64,000 nucleotides of DNA from an archaeon (GTDB taxonomy: Archaea > Nanobdellota > Nanobdellia > SCGC-AAA011-G17 > GW2011-AR17). The stretch spans positions 19,462 through 83,461 of the forward strand of contig JABHLH010000016.1 in NCBI GenBank assembly GCA_018692925.1, read 5' to 3'. The notes beneath the pieces are model-generated. The model did not search any database and was not told where the DNA came from. It saw nothing but the letters and a program-made list of their open reading frames with translations. How positions within the stretch are numbered: position 1 is the first letter of the stretch; each line of letters opens with the position of its first letter. The position numbers and the translations under genes were made by a program. Shown one piece after another: positions 1 through 10,690 of this stretch.

Positions 1-1
1 A

Positions 2-385
2 ACTCTTTCAGATTTAGATATCCATAGAGGAAGAGATTATATTAGGGCTCAATGGGGTTTAAGAGACAGGTTATATTCTCATTCATTAGAAATATATTCC
101 CAGATATTCAATAAAAAAACTGCCCATATTTATACTTTACATCCTGAAGGTATAGAAGCAATAAGAGGTTTAAGTACAGATGAAGATTTAGATATGTTAA
201 AGAAGTATTTACTTGAAAAAGATTTAGAATCAAGATATGATAATAACTTAGGTTTATATCCTATAGCATTACAAATTTCGCATGAAAGGGGATTACAAAG
301 GCATGAAAAAGAAGGTTTAATTTTCATAAATAGAGTTTTTCAATTGAATTTTTCAGTTGAAGAAAAGTTAAAATTAAAAAAATAA
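2..385 (+). CDS. Partial CDS (C-terminal fragment), hypothetical protein. The N-terminus lies outside the window.
   Basis: Frame 2 is open from position 2 with no stop until the TAA at 383-385. The listed 194..385 ORF is just the distal Met of this longer frame. Confidence 0.4.
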   Translation, partial: TLSDLDIHRGRDYIRAQWGLRDRLYSHSLEIYSQIFNKKTAHIYTLHPEGIEAIRGLSTDEDLDMLKKYLLEKDLESRYDNNLGLYPIALQISHERGLQRHEKEGLIFINRVFQLNFSVEEKLKLKK

Positions 386-450
386 ACCAATTAGTTTAAA
401 TTTATATCTACTTTAGTTTTATATAGGACCTTATTAAAAAACAATATACA

Positions 451-708
451 ATGACAAGCAGAATTATTTTTTATGGAAAACAAATAGGCAAAATAGTAGA
501 TGCATTAGAACACATCGCTGATTATGTAGAGACTTGGGACACAATAACACAAGACCCATTTGGTGGAGTTGAATTTTGTGGTTGTGCAGAAATTCCAGAA
601 GGTAGAGAAAGAGAAGCAACAAGAGCTCTTAGAAAAGAAGAATCAAATGGTCTAACATATTTAGTAGAATTTGGCTCAATGAAAAGACCTTCTCATGCAT
701 ACATTTAA
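451..708 (+). CDS. Hypothetical small protein
   Basis: 85-aa ORF. No motif recognised. Confidence 0.3.
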   Translation: MTSRIIFYGKQIGKIVDALEHIADYVETWDTITQDPFGGVEFCGCAEIPEGREREATRALRKEESNGLTYLVEFGSMKRPSHAYI

Positions 709-717
709 TTTTTTTAT

Positions 718-1044
718 TTAAATTTTTAAATTAAATCTAAAATCCCAGTTCGCTGCAACAACTTCTAAATTTTTATAAGCACGATTAAAACCAGAATAAG
801 CTATATATTCATCTTCAATGCAGCCATAATCATCAAAATAAAGTTTTCCATCAATAAAAAATATTTTAACAGACTTATGATAATCTTGCCTTTCTTCTAA
901 TTCAGGAGGATCAAATAAACTTCCTACAAGTTGTCCATTATTTAGATTATAACTTCTATCATCTCTAATTTCAGATGAAGCAAGAATAAAACCTTTGTCA
1001 ACCTTTGTCCTATCAATAAGTAAAAAATTAATCAAATCTCCCAT
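718..1044 (-). CDS. Hypothetical protein
   Basis: 108-aa ORF filling an intergenic gap. No motif recognised. Confidence 0.35.
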   Translation of the reverse strand: MGDLINFLLIDRTKVDKGFILASSEIRDDRSYNLNNGQLVGSLFDPPELEERQDYHKSVKIFFIDGKLYFDDYGCIEDEYIAYSGFNRAYKNLEVVAANWDFRFNLKI

Positions 1045-1149
1045 AAAAAATAAAAATCTATTTCCTTATATAAATATTTAGAAACTAAGCATATTCTAGA
1101 AAACCTAAACTTTTATATACCATCCCGTATATACAGACAACCATATACG

Positions 1150-1506
1150 ATGAAAGACATATACAACACCACCATATTATGTGACAAGTGTAGCTCTAAA
1201 ACCATCAAGGGCCACGTCACAAAAAATGGTTTTGATATTAGACTTTGGCATTGTCCAAAATGTAAAAAACAATGGTACCATCCATTAGATATAGAAGCTT
1301 ACAAAGAATACATAGAACTTAAAAAAAAGGACTACAAAGTAAAACTTAGACCTGTTGGCAATTCTTGGGTTATAAGTATCCCTAAAGAGATCATAAATTT
1401 TCAACAAGATCAAACAGAAACAAAAATAGTTAGCTTAAGCATGGATGAACCAGGCAAATTATCTTTAAAGTTCAAGAGAGTAAGAAAGTTTATTAAACAG
1501 AAGTAA
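1150..1506 (+). CDS. Zn-ribbon plus SpoVT/AbrB-like (swapped-hairpin) DNA-binding protein
   Basis: The N-terminus has C-x2-C...C-x2-C (CDKC...CPKC). The C-terminus has VGNSWVISIPKEII, typical of AbrB/MazE/SpoVT swapped-hairpin folds. It lies 18 nt upstream of cdc48. Confidence 0.55.
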   Translation: MKDIYNTTILCDKCSSKTIKGHVTKNGFDIRLWHCPKCKKQWYHPLDIEAYKEYIELKKKDYKVKLRPVGNSWVISIPKEIINFQQDQTETKIVSLSMDEPGKLSLKFKRVRKFIKQK

Positions 1507-1511
1507 AAACT

Positions 1512-1518
1512 AAGGAGA
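1512..1518 (+). promoter_or_regulatory. Shine-Dalgarno-like GGAG element. It is 7 nt upstream of the cdc48 ATG and suggests translational coupling.
   Basis: The sequence is taAGGAGaataaaaATG. Confidence 0.3.
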
Positions 1519-1524
1519 ATAAAA

Positions 1525-3795
1525 ATGAAAGATGTTCAATTAAAAGTTATGGAAGCCCTACAAGAAGAAGCTTACAAAGGAATAGTAAGAATTGATTCAA
1601 GTACAATGCGAGACATTGGAGTAAGAGTAGGAGATATTGTTGAAATTGAAGGTACTCGAGTTACTGTTGGTATTGTTGACAGAGCTTACCCAACTGATAT
1701 TGGCCAAACTGTAATTAGAATGGACGGAATTCTAAGAAGAAATGCAAAAACTAGTATTGGTGAAATTGTTAAAGTTAGAAAAGCTGAAGTTAAAGAAGCA
1801 CAAAGCATCACTATTGCTCCTGCACAAAAAGGAGTTACTGTTAGAGTTGATCCAAATATGTTCAAAAGAGGATTACTTGGAAGATCAATTGTTAAAGGAG
1901 ATCTTTTAGCTCTTGGTGGAACAAAAAGAAGAAAAACTGCAATGTCTGAAAATCCTTTTTTCGACGATGTTTTCCAAATGTTTGAAGATGATTTTCTTGG
2001 TGGCTTCGGTGTTCGTGGTTTAAGATTTGTTGTTGCAGATTGTCATCCAAAAGGAGCAGTTATTATTTCAGAAAATACTCAACTAAAAGTAAGTTCAAAA
2101 GCTATGGAAATTCAAGAAGATAAAATTTCTTTAGTAACATACGAAGACATAGGTGGTCTGAATGAAGAAGTTACAAAAGTTAGAGAAATGATTGAATTAC
2201 CATTAAAACATCCAGAGTTATTTGAAAGACTTGGAATTGAACCTCCAAAAGGTATTTTGTTACATGGTCCTCCAGGTTGTGGAAAAACTCTTTTAGCAAA
2301 AGCTGTTGCAAATGAAACAGATGCAACATTCTTAACGATTAATGGCCCTGAAGTAGTTAGTAAATTTGTAGGTGAAGCAGAGAAAAAAATCAGAGAAAAA
2401 TTTGAAGAAGCAGAGAAAAAATCACCTGCAATTGTTTTTATTGATGAGATAGATGCTATCGCAAGTAAAAGAGAAGAAAGTTACGGTGAAGTTGAAAAAA
2501 GAATGGTAGCACAACTTTTAACTTTATTAGATGGATTAAATGACAGAGGTAAAGTTGTAGTTATTGCAGCAACTAATAGACCAAATGCAGTTGATCCAGC
2601 TCTTAGAAGACCAGGTCGATTTGACAGAGAAATTCACATTGGCGGACCTTCAAAAGAAGGAAGACTAAACATTTTAAAAATTCATACTAGAAATATGCCT
2701 CTTGCAAAAGATGTAAACTTAAAAAAATGGTCCAGCATAACTCATGGTTTTGTTGGTGCAGATCTTGCAGCCTTATGTAAAGAAGCAGCTATTAATGTTA
2801 TTCGAAGAGTTTTACCTAACATAAATTTAAAAGAAAACAAAGCGATCTCTGAAGACATTTTAGACAAACTAGTAATTTCACAAAAAGATTTTGAAGAGGG
2901 TATGAAACTTGTATCTCCTTCTGCAATGAGAGAAATTTTTGTTGAAACTCCAAACACTTCATGGAAAGATGTTGGAGGATTAAAAAATATTAAACAAGAT
3001 TTAATTGAAGCAGTTGAATGGCCATTAAAACATAAAAAGAAATTTTCAGAATTAGGAATAAGATCACCTAAAGGAGTATTGCTTTATGGCCCACCAGGTT
3101 GTGGAAAAACTCTTTTAGCTAAAGCTGTTGCAAATGAATCAGAATCAAACTTTATTTTAGTAAAAGGTCCAGAACTCTTAAACAAATGGGTTGGAGAATC
3201 AGAAAAAGGAATTAGAGAAATTTTCAAAAAAGCAAGACAAGTCTCTCCTACAATTATTTTCTTTGACGAAATTGATTCTATTGCAAAGAAGAGAGGAAGA
3301 GGAAACAGAGATTCAGTTACAGAAAAAATGGTTAATACATTATTAACAGAAATGGATGGTTTAGAAGAATTAAATGATGTTGTTGTAATTGCTGCAACTA
3401 ACAGACCAGACATTTTAGATCCAGCATTACTTAGGCCTGGTCGATTTGATAGGATTTTATTAACACCTTTACCAAGTGAAGAAGCTAGAAAAGAAATATT
3501 TAAAATCCACACAAAAAATATGCCTTTATCAAAAGATGTTATTATTTCAAAATTAACTAAAGAAACTGAAAATTATGTAGGTAGTGACATAGAATCTGTT
3601 TGTCGTGAAGCAGGAATGATAGCTTTAAGAAATGATATAAAAGCTTCAGAAATCACAATGGCAAATTTCGAAGAAGCAGTAAAGAATAGTAAAGCTTCAA
3701 TCAGAACAGAAGATATGAAAAGATACAAAGATATCGAAGAAAGTTATATTAGAACTGCAAGAGGCGCAGAAATCCATACTAATTACTTCGGATAA
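1525..3795 (+). CDS. cdc48: CDC48/VCP/VAT-type AAA+ ATPase with N-domain plus D1 and D2
   Basis: Two complete AAA modules each carry a GPPGCGKT Walker A and an (F)IDEID Walker B motif. Second-region-of-homology motifs are present, plus an N-terminal double-psi barrel-like region. Length is 756 aa. Confidence 0.95.
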   Translation: MKDVQLKVMEALQEEAYKGIVRIDSSTMRDIGVRVGDIVEIEGTRVTVGIVDRAYPTDIGQTVIRMDGILRRNAKTSIGEIVKVRKAEVKEAQSITIAPAQKGVTVRVDPNMFKRGLLGRSIVKGDLLALGGTKRRKTAMSENPFFDDVFQMFEDDFLGGFGVRGLRFVVADCHPKGAVIISENTQLKVSSKAMEIQEDKISLVTYEDIGGLNEEVTKVREMIELPLKHPELFERLGIEPPKGILLHGPPGCGKTLLAKAVANETDATFLTINGPEVVSKFVGEAEKKIREKFEEAEKKSPAIVFIDEIDAIASKREESYGEVEKRMVAQLLTLLDGLNDRGKVVVIAATNRPNAVDPALRRPGRFDREIHIGGPSKEGRLNILKIHTRNMPLAKDVNLKKWSSITHGFVGADLAALCKEAAINVIRRVLPNINLKENKAISEDILDKLVISQKDFEEGMKLVSPSAMREIFVETPNTSWKDVGGLKNIKQDLIEAVEWPLKHKKKFSELGIRSPKGVLLYGPPGCGKTLLAKAVANESESNFILVKGPELLNKWVGESEKGIREIFKKARQVSPTIIFFDEIDSIAKKRGRGNRDSVTEKMVNTLLTEMDGLEELNDVVVIAATNRPDILDPALLRPGRFDRILLTPLPSEEARKEIFKIHTKNMPLSKDVIISKLTKETENYVGSDIESVCREAGMIALRNDIKASEITMANFEEAVKNSKASIRTEDMKRYKDIEESYIRTARGAEIHTNYFG

Positions 3796-3797
3796 AT

Positions 3798-4253
3798 TTA
3801 TTTTTTCTTTTTAGTAGAATTTGAACTTTTAATTTTCACACCTAAATTTTCATATACATGTTTCTTAATTAAAGCTAATTCTTTCAAAATTTGTTGAACT
3901 TCTCTTTCAGATTTTCTATTTACTTGATAATCGTACTTAAAATTAATCCTATCTCTCTCAGTTTGCCTATTCTGACTCATCAAAATAACCGGAGCTTGTA
4001 AAGCTGCTAAACAAGATAATACAAAATTCAAAAGTATAAATGGATAAGGATCCCAAATTCCAAAGTAAAGAACATAAGCATTTAAACACATCCAAATTAC
4101 AACAAAAACAAGGAAGAAAATAATAAAACCCCAACTACCAACTACTTCAGCAACTAAATCTGCACTTCTCTGACCAATAGATAATTTACTATCAAAAAAG
4201 TGATGAACATTTACACCATTACTAGATTTCTTCTTCACCTCTTTCTTCTTCAT
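3798..4253 (-). CDS. Small membrane protein, DUF1003-like
   Basis: Two predicted TM helices are followed by an MSQNRQTERDR motif, as I recall for DUF1003. The termini are K-rich. Confidence 0.45.
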   Translation of the reverse strand: MKKKEVKKKSSNGVNVHHFFDSKLSIGQRSADLVAEVVGSWGFIIFFLVFVVIWMCLNAYVLYFGIWDPYPFILLNFVLSCLAALQAPVILMSQNRQTERDRINFKYDYQVNRKSEREVQQILKELALIKKHVYENLGVKIKSSNSTKKKK

Positions 4254-4289
4254 ACCAATATACAGCCTAAAATTCTATTTAAAACTATT

Positions 4290-4310
4290 GCAAAATATTA
4301 TAAATATAAT
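4290..4310 (+). promoter_or_regulatory. Candidate archaeal TATA/BRE element for a leaderless polB transcript
   Basis: ttataaatataat lies ~20-30 nt upstream of the ATG at 4327. Confidence 0.25.
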
Positions 4311-4326
4311 AATTCTATAAGAGCCT

Positions 4327-6585
4327 ATGAAAGGCTACATAGTTGATGCTACATACAAAATACTAAATAATAAAGCAAAAGTGCTTTTATTCGGAAGATC
4401 AGATAGTGGTGAGGCTTTTCTTACAATCAATTCCTACCAACCTTATTTCTATATCAAAGAAACGAGCTTAAAAAAAGCTAAAAAATTCGCAAGCTTTGAA
4501 TTTAAAAAAACAGAGTTAAAAAATTTTAAAGATAAAAAAGTTGTAAAGATTTTAACTGATACACCAAAAGAATTAACAACATTAAAAGCAAATTTTGAAG
4601 AAGAAGAAATAGAAACTTATGAAGCAGACCTTTCGTTCCCAAGAAAATTCTTAATTGACCATAAAATAAATTCTTTAATTGAAGTAAATGGAGATTATGA
4701 ACTTCAAGAGGACATTAGAATTTACAAAGAACCTGAAATAAAACCTTCTACTAAAGAAATTAAATTAAAAGTTATGTCTGTTGACATTGAAACTGATCCT
4801 AAGGCTAAAGAGATTTTTTCTATTGCAATAGTTCAAGATAAATTTGAAAAGGTATTAATTGTTTCGGACAAAAAATTAAAGAAAGCTGAATCCTTCGAAG
4901 ATGAAGAAGATCTTTTAGAAAGATTTTTTGAAATTATCAACGAAGAAGATCCAGATATAATTACTGGCTGGAATTTTATTGATTTTGATTTAAAAGTTAT
5001 CAGAGAAAGATGTAAAAAATTAAAAGTTAGATTTGCCTTAGGAAAGGGTGGAGCTGACGCTAAATTAATAATCAGACCAGGATATTTTGAAACTTCTAAA
5101 GTAATAGCTCAAGGAAGACAAATTATAGATTTATTAAATTGGATAAGAGATACAACAAAACTTGAAAATTACAAACTTGAAACAGTTGCTCAACATTTTT
5201 TAAAAGAAGGAAAATTAAAAGATGTTCCATATTCACAAATGGAAGAAATTCTTAAAAAAGACCCACAAAAAATAGTCAACTACAATTTACAAGATGCAAA
5301 GATCACATTAGAAATTTTAGAAAAAAGTAAAGTTTTAGAATTATTCCAAAAAAAGAGCACTATTACAGGATTATTAATTTCACAAGTTAAAGGAAGTATA
5401 GCTTCTTTAGATTCTCTTTACTTAAAAAAACTTCATGACAGAAATTATGTAGCACCATCTGCAACATATTCAAACAAAGAACAAAGAATAATGGGTGGTT
5501 ATGTAATGGATTCCAAACCTGGAATTTATGAAAATATTATTGTTTTAGATTTTAAATCCCTATATCCGTCTCTAATGAGAACTTTCAATATTGATCCTTT
5601 AATGTTTGGAAAAAAGGGAATCAAAGCTCCTAATGGCGCAACTTTCTCAAAAGAAAAAGGAATTTTACCAGAAGTATTAGAAGAGTTATGGGAAATTAGA
5701 GAAGACTTTAGAAAGAAAAAAGATGAACAAGGTAGATATGCAATTAAAATTTTAATGAATTCCTTCTTTGGAGTTATGGCTTCACCTTCTTGTAGATTCT
5801 TCAACTTAAAACTTGCAAACTCAATAACTGCTTTCGCACAATTCTTTATCAAAAAAACTGCAGAGATGGTAGAAGCAAAAGGTTACAAGATAATATATTC
5901 AGATACAGATTCCATTTTCGTAATTGCAGGAAAAAATCCAGAAAAGATAGGTAAAAAAATTGAAAAAGAAATCAACAAAGAGATTACTAATTTCATAAAA
6001 AAGGAATACAAAATAAAAAGTCACTTAGAGTTAGAATTCGAAAAAACTTTCACACAATTCTTAATGCCTAAACTAAGAGGTAGTTCAAAGGGAGCAAAAA
6101 AAAGATATGCTGGTTTAGTTAAAGGAAAATTAGATATAACTGGTTTAGAAGCTGTAAGAAAGGACTGGACACCTTTAGCAAAAAAATTCCAAATAGGACT
6201 TTTACTACAAATATTCAAGAAAAAAGATCCAACAATATATATTACAAAATTTAATCAAGATTTACTTAACAAAAAGTATGACGATCTTTTAGTTTACAAA
6301 AAAAGTTTAAGAAAACCTTTGGAAGAATACTTAGTAAATACTCCTCACAAAAAAGCAGCATTAAAACTAATTGAAGCAAAAGGAAAGATAGAATCTAATG
6401 TAATCAGATATATTATAACAAAAGATGGACCTGAACCAATAGAAGCAATCAAACATGAAATAGATTATGAACATTACCAAAAAAAACAATTAAAACCAAT
6501 AGCAGACAGTATTTTAACTTTTTTCAACACAGATTTTGATAGAATTACAAAAAATAAGAACCAAAAAACATTATTTAATTTTTAG
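4327..6585 (+). CDS. polB: Family B DNA polymerase
   Basis: Exo I DIETD (MSVDIETD) and Exo II YNLQDA are present. Pol motif A is DFKSLYPS, motif B is KILMNSFFG and motif C is YSDTDS. The N-terminus, YIVDATY, resembles archaeal PolB. Confidence 0.95.
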   Translation: MKGYIVDATYKILNNKAKVLLFGRSDSGEAFLTINSYQPYFYIKETSLKKAKKFASFEFKKTELKNFKDKKVVKILTDTPKELTTLKANFEEEEIETYEADLSFPRKFLIDHKINSLIEVNGDYELQEDIRIYKEPEIKPSTKEIKLKVMSVDIETDPKAKEIFSIAIVQDKFEKVLIVSDKKLKKAESFEDEEDLLERFFEIINEEDPDIITGWNFIDFDLKVIRERCKKLKVRFALGKGGADAKLIIRPGYFETSKVIAQGRQIIDLLNWIRDTTKLENYKLETVAQHFLKEGKLKDVPYSQMEEILKKDPQKIVNYNLQDAKITLEILEKSKVLELFQKKSTITGLLISQVKGSIASLDSLYLKKLHDRNYVAPSATYSNKEQRIMGGYVMDSKPGIYENIIVLDFKSLYPSLMRTFNIDPLMFGKKGIKAPNGATFSKEKGILPEVLEELWEIREDFRKKKDEQGRYAIKILMNSFFGVMASPSCRFFNLKLANSITAFAQFFIKKTAEMVEAKGYKIIYSDTDSIFVIAGKNPEKIGKKIEKEINKEITNFIKKEYKIKSHLELEFEKTFTQFLMPKLRGSSKGAKKRYAGLVKGKLDITGLEAVRKDWTPLAKKFQIGLLLQIFKKKDPTIYITKFNQDLLNKKYDDLLVYKKSLRKPLEEYLVNTPHKKAALKLIEAKGKIESNVIRYIITKDGPEPIEAIKHEIDYEHYQKKQLKPIADSILTFFNTDFDRITKNKNQKTLFNF

Positions 6586-7699
6586 TTTTCTTAAACCATT
6601 CATTTAATCTAAATCTAGGAATATCTTCTTGTTCTGAAGGTACATAAATTAACTTCATTTCTTTTATTTTATTTTTATTATGTACAACAAAGCCATAACT
6701 TTTGTCCATAGGTTCAAACATTTGATTTCTCCAATTATAATAATATTCATCTCTCCAAGTTCCAGTATTCAATAAAGTCTTTTTTCCAACTTTTATCATA
6801 CCAGGTTTATGATTATGTCCAACAGACAGCAATTCCTGATCTATTTCTCTTAATTTTTTCTTAGCCCTTCTTCGCACTACAACATGAAATTCTCTCTTTG
6901 TAAAATGTTTAAAATATTTATAAAAATCTTTTATATGAAACCTATACAAAACATCATTCCAATTCTTTACTTGAGTATAAAAAAAAGATTTAAACATATA
7001 CCATACTGTCCCCCAAATCATACTCATTCTTGCTTCAAAAGGCAATAAATTCAACAACATCTTTTTTGGAAACAATCTTTCTAACAAAGGTAACTTTTCT
7101 TTCAGATAAATATAATAATCATATAATGCATTATATCCCCAAGGCAATTTCAAAAAAGGTTCTCCAATAAAATAACCTTCAATATTAAATAAAAAGTTTT
7201 CAGGATCTACAGAAAAAAATTCATCTAGCTGAGAACCATGTTCAACTAATAATAAATCATCACTAAATTCAAATCCAGGGAAAATAATTCTTTCTCTCAA
7301 CTTTTTATCTTTACCTACAATTAAATTTAAAATTTCTTCTTTTACTTTAGGAAACATCAAATCAAAATCATGATTACCATATACAAACACAATCCTAGTT
7401 CTTTTATTAACTTTCAAAAATTCTTTTAAAACTCCAAGAAATAATGGATGTGCCTTAGCAATTTTTTCTAATTTCCACAAGGAGATAGGTTCAGTAATAT
7501 GTCTAGGATATTCTTTTTTATATGGACTTTTCATAAAATCAAAAATATCCCCATTCAAAACCAAATCAGTAGGATATTTTTTAGCATAAGCAAAATTATT
7601 TCTAATAACTTGACACAAAAGATCTTCTTCTACTAAATCATCAGTGTTAGTTCCACTACCAGCTTCAATATCACTAAAAATTAGAGTTAATTTATCCAT
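6575..7699 (-). CDS. Calcineurin-like metallophosphoesterase with a large C-terminal extension
   Basis: Motifs are DIEAG, GDIFDF and VYGNHD (GNHD). It is convergent with polB and overlaps it by 11 nt. Confidence 0.65.
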   Translation of the reverse strand: MDKLTLIFSDIEAGSGTNTDDLVEEDLLCQVIRNNFAYAKKYPTDLVLNGDIFDFMKSPYKKEYPRHITEPISLWKLEKIAKAHPLFLGVLKEFLKVNKRTRIVFVYGNHDFDLMFPKVKEEILNLIVGKDKKLRERIIFPGFEFSDDLLLVEHGSQLDEFFSVDPENFLFNIEGYFIGEPFLKLPWGYNALYDYYIYLKEKLPLLERLFPKKMLLNLLPFEARMSMIWGTVWYMFKSFFYTQVKNWNDVLYRFHIKDFYKYFKHFTKREFHVVVRRRAKKKLREIDQELLSVGHNHKPGMIKVGKKTLLNTGTWRDEYYYNWRNQMFEPMDKSYGFVVHNKNKIKEMKLIYVPSEQEDIPRFRLNEWFKKTKN

Positions 7700-7792
7700 A
7701 TGATCTTAACAACTAATTGAATTTATAAAACTTACCAATTAAAATTATTGCTTTTTAAAAAAAATTATTAAATTTTAAAAAAAATAAAAAAA

Positions 7793-9154
7793 TTAAAGGC
7801 TGCCATAAATAAGCCAATCAAATAAATCAACTAACCATGAATCATCTTGTCCAGGTGCAGATCTTCCTATGCTTCTTGAAGAGCTAACTTCTCTACTAAA
7901 GACTTTTCCCCATCTACTTTTCTGATAACAAACACCATCTTCTCCACAGTAAACTCTAATTGAACCATATTCATTCACACAACCTCTATCAGTAGTACAC
8001 AATGTATCTTCTTCAACAATTTCAGGAATTTCTTCTTCAACTTCAGAATACAAACAATATGCTTTCTCAAATGCACCTTCATAACAAGAGTAACTTTCAC
8101 TTAACTCAGACGAACAATCAATCTCATCAAATCCTCCAGTTACAAAGCTATTTCCATCAACTTCAACACAAGTATACTCAACAATATAATCCGGACCATT
8201 CAAACCACAACGATCAGTAGAACTAATATAATCTAAATTTTCTAAAGAAACACCTGTAGTGGTTCCACCCATCATAATACCATAATCTATCTCATCACTA
8301 GCATCATCTTGTCTACACTCAACACAAGTACCATAACTCTCACTCCCTTCAAATAAAACACAAGCAGAATTTACATCACAATCATCATGCGAATCACACT
8401 CATTAGGTGAAGTACAATATGCTTTACCTACACCATTATCTGCACAAAAAGAACCTGTCCCAAGCTCCTCTTCACAATTTAATTCTTCTAATTCTCCAGT
8501 TACAAAACTATGTCCATCAACTTCAACACAAGTATACTCAACAATATACTCTGGACCATTCAAACCACAACGATCAGTATAACCTGCAGAAATTCCAAAT
8601 TCCAAAGATAGACCTGTAGTAGTTCCACCTATTTCAACACCTAAATCAACACCTTCATAAGTATCACCAGAACTACAACTTACACATTGACCATAATCTG
8701 AACTTTCTGTATCCAATACACAAGCAGCATCAGAACCACAATCATCATGAGAAGTACAAACATCAAAACAATAACCTCCACCTCGACTTGTAGTTAAACA
8801 CAAACCATTACCACCAACTTCATCAGCACAATCAACAGCATTCATTTCAATATAAGTATGCCCATTAGATTCAACACAAGAATACTCAACTAATCTATTT
8901 GATGAAGAATCACAAGTATCATAACTAGGACGATATTGACCATTATAAACACCTAAAGAATAACCATCACTCTCAGTATCATATCCACCTTCTTTATAAC
9001 AAGTCAAACATTCACCAACCATATAAACACCATCCACTACACAAGCAGCATCAGAACCACAATCATCATCATCTTGACAAGCTTCAGCACTTACAAGTCC
9101 AACACTAAAAACCAACAAACTTAAAACAAACATTACAAAAATTATTTTTTTCAT
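7793..9154 (-). CDS. Secreted cysteine-rich repeat protein
   Basis: It has an N-terminal signal peptide. A Cys-rich module occurs three times (HDDCGSDAACV..., DRCGLNGP[ED]YIVEYTCVEVDG.SFVTG). There is an acidic stretch and no TM anchor. Confidence 0.7.
   Translation of the reverse strand: MKKIIFVMFVLSLLVFSVGLVSAEACQDDDDCGSDAACVVDGVYMVGECLTCYKEGGYDTESDGYSLGVYNGQYRPSYDTCDSSSNRLVEYSCVESNGHTYIEMNAVDCADEVGGNGLCLTTSRGGGYCFDVCTSHDDCGSDAACVLDTESSDYGQCVSCSSGDTYEGVDLGVEIGGTTTGLSLEFGISAGYTDRCGLNGPEYIVEYTCVEVDGHSFVTGELEELNCEEELGTGSFCADNGVGKAYCTSPNECDSHDDCDVNSACVLFEGSESYGTCVECRQDDASDEIDYGIMMGGTTTGVSLENLDYISSTDRCGLNGPDYIVEYTCVEVDGNSFVTGGFDEIDCSSELSESYSCYEGAFEKAYCLYSEVEEEIPEIVEEDTLCTTDRGCVNEYGSIRVYCGEDGVCYQKSRWGKVFSREVSSSRSIGRSAPGQDDSWLVDLFDWLIYGSL
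7990..8640. repeat. Tandem ~360-bp intragenic repeat with near-identical ~85-nt cores at ~8136 and ~8496
   Basis: The cores are ccagttacaaagctatttccatcaacttcaacacaagtatactcaacaatata... and ccagttacaaaactatgtccatcaacttcaacacaagtatactcaacaatata... The spurious antisense ORFs 8002..8220 and 8407..8619 mirror each other. Confidence 0.6.
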
Positions 9155-9292
9155 TTATATCATCTCCTATTTTAAAATATAATTATTAAGAAAAACAACT
9201 ATATAAAATTTACTACAATTAAAAATAATTAAAACACATCACCATTAAAAAAACAAGTTTACAAAACTAATCAATAAAAATTCATATAATAG

Positions 9293-9577
9293 TTATTTTT
9301 CACACTCATTAATCCAATAATCTTCTTCAAAAAAATCTACACAATTATTATATCCTTCTTCAATTACTTCATCTTCAAAATTTGGAGTTTCCCAATCTTC
9401 ATAAGAATTTAACAAACATGCAGCTTCACAAAACTTTTGTGCATTTAAAACAGAATCTGTTGATACTTCAGTTTCAAAACCAGCAAAAGAATCAAGGTTT
9501 ATAATATAAAAAGCCATTCCAGCTATTATAATAATAAATATTCCAATAATATATAAAAATAATTTTATAAAACCCAT
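9293..9577 (-). CDS. Small membrane-anchored protein with a Cys-containing acidic ectodomain
   Basis: An N-terminal TM helix is followed by an acidic, Cys-containing tail. Confidence 0.4.
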   Translation of the reverse strand: MGFIKLFLYIIGIFIIIIAGMAFYIINLDSFAGFETEVSTDSVLNAQKFCEAACLLNSYEDWETPNFEDEVIEEGYNNCVDFFEEDYWINECEK

Positions 9578-9691
9578 AATTATTCAATGCCATTGAAGTT
9601 TATATATTTTTGGAATAAAAATAATTATCTCTTACTTTAATACAAATAAAAACACAAAAACTTTTTATACCATAAGTTCTAAAAAACCTAT

Positions 9692-10690
9692 ATGGGAATT
9701 AAACTTACAGATTTAGTTGAAAAAAAGCCTTTGAAATGGGACCAGCTAAAAGGTAAAAAACTTGCAATAGATGCTCAAAATGTAATATTTCAATTTCTTA
9801 GTTCAATTAGACAACAAGATGGTGCTCCATTAACTGATGACAATGGAAATATAACTTCACATTTAATAGGATTATTTTCAAGAGTACCAAATTTAATGCA
9901 AAAAGGAATTACTCCAATTTTTGTATTTGATGGTGAAGCTCCTGAATTAAAAGAAAATATCAGAATTATTAGAAGAAAAACAAAAGCTAAAGCAAAAGAG
10001 AATTATATTCATGCAAAAGAAGAAGAAGATTTTGAACAAATGCACAAATACTCAAGACAACTCTCAGTTCTAAATGAAGATATGATTGAAGAATCTAAAG
10101 AGTTACTAAATGCATTAGGTCTTCCAACAGTACAAGCACCTTCAGAGGCAGAAGCACAGTGTGCACATATGTGTAAAAAGAAAATAGTTTGGGCAACAGC
10201 TTCTCAAGATTTTGATACATTATTATTTGGATCTCCAAAATTAATTCAAAATTTAACTTTAGCTAAAACTAGAAAATTTCAAGGAAGAACAATTCCTGTA
10301 TCTCCTCAGCTAATTGAACTAAATGAACTTTTAGATAAATTAGAATTAAATCAAGAAGAATTAATTGTCTTAGGAATTATGGTTGGTACAGATTTCAATC
10401 CAAAAGGAATCAAAGGCATTGGTCCAAAGAAAGCACTAAAATTATTACAGTCAGGAAAAAAGTTCGAAAGAATTTTTGAAGAATTAGAAACTGACTTTGA
10501 TTGGGAAGAGATATTAAACATTTTCAAAAACATTCCTATTGAAGATGAAAAACCAAAAAAACAACTTTATGATTCTGAAAAAATTAAAGAAATATTAATT
10601 GAAAGGCACGATTTTTCTGAGGAGAGAGTAGACAAAACTCTTTCAAAAATAAATAATAAAGAAAATTCTTCCTTAAAAAGATGGTTTTAG
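9692..10690 (+). CDS. fen: Flap endonuclease 1
   Basis: The N-terminus MGIKLTDLV...KKLAIDAQNVIFQFLSSIRQQDGAPL and the FVFDGEAPELK N-domain match FEN-1. An I-domain and H3TH are present (GTDFNPKGIKGIGPKKA). Confidence 0.95.
   Translation: MGIKLTDLVEKKPLKWDQLKGKKLAIDAQNVIFQFLSSIRQQDGAPLTDDNGNITSHLIGLFSRVPNLMQKGITPIFVFDGEAPELKENIRIIRRKTKAKAKENYIHAKEEEDFEQMHKYSRQLSVLNEDMIEESKELLNALGLPTVQAPSEAEAQCAHMCKKKIVWATASQDFDTLLFGSPKLIQNLTLAKTRKFQGRTIPVSPQLIELNELLDKLELNQEELIVLGIMVGTDFNPKGIKGIGPKKALKLLQSGKKFERIFEELETDFDWEEILNIFKNIPIEDEKPKKQLYDSEKIKEILIERHDFSEERVDKTLSKINNKENSSLKRWF

Noticed and set aside
130-327. 65-aa minus-strand ORF
   Set aside because: It overlaps the open frame of the partial plus-strand CDS that runs from the window start. 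It is low complexity.
2742-3512. Antisense ORFs 2742..2957(-) and 3084..3512(-) inside cdc48
   Set aside because: They lie fully inside a high-confidence conserved gene on the opposite strand. Their composition is typical of antisense AT-rich frames.
5526-6218. Antisense ORFs 5526..5852(-) and 6021..6218(-) inside polB
   Set aside because: They are embedded in the conserved polymerase motif region. No independent signal.
8002-8619. Plus-strand ORFs 8002..8220 and 8407..8619 (Q/H/N-rich)
   Set aside because: They are antisense images of the tandem repeat in the Cys-rich secreted protein gene. Their mutual similarity reflects the DNA repeat, not coding.
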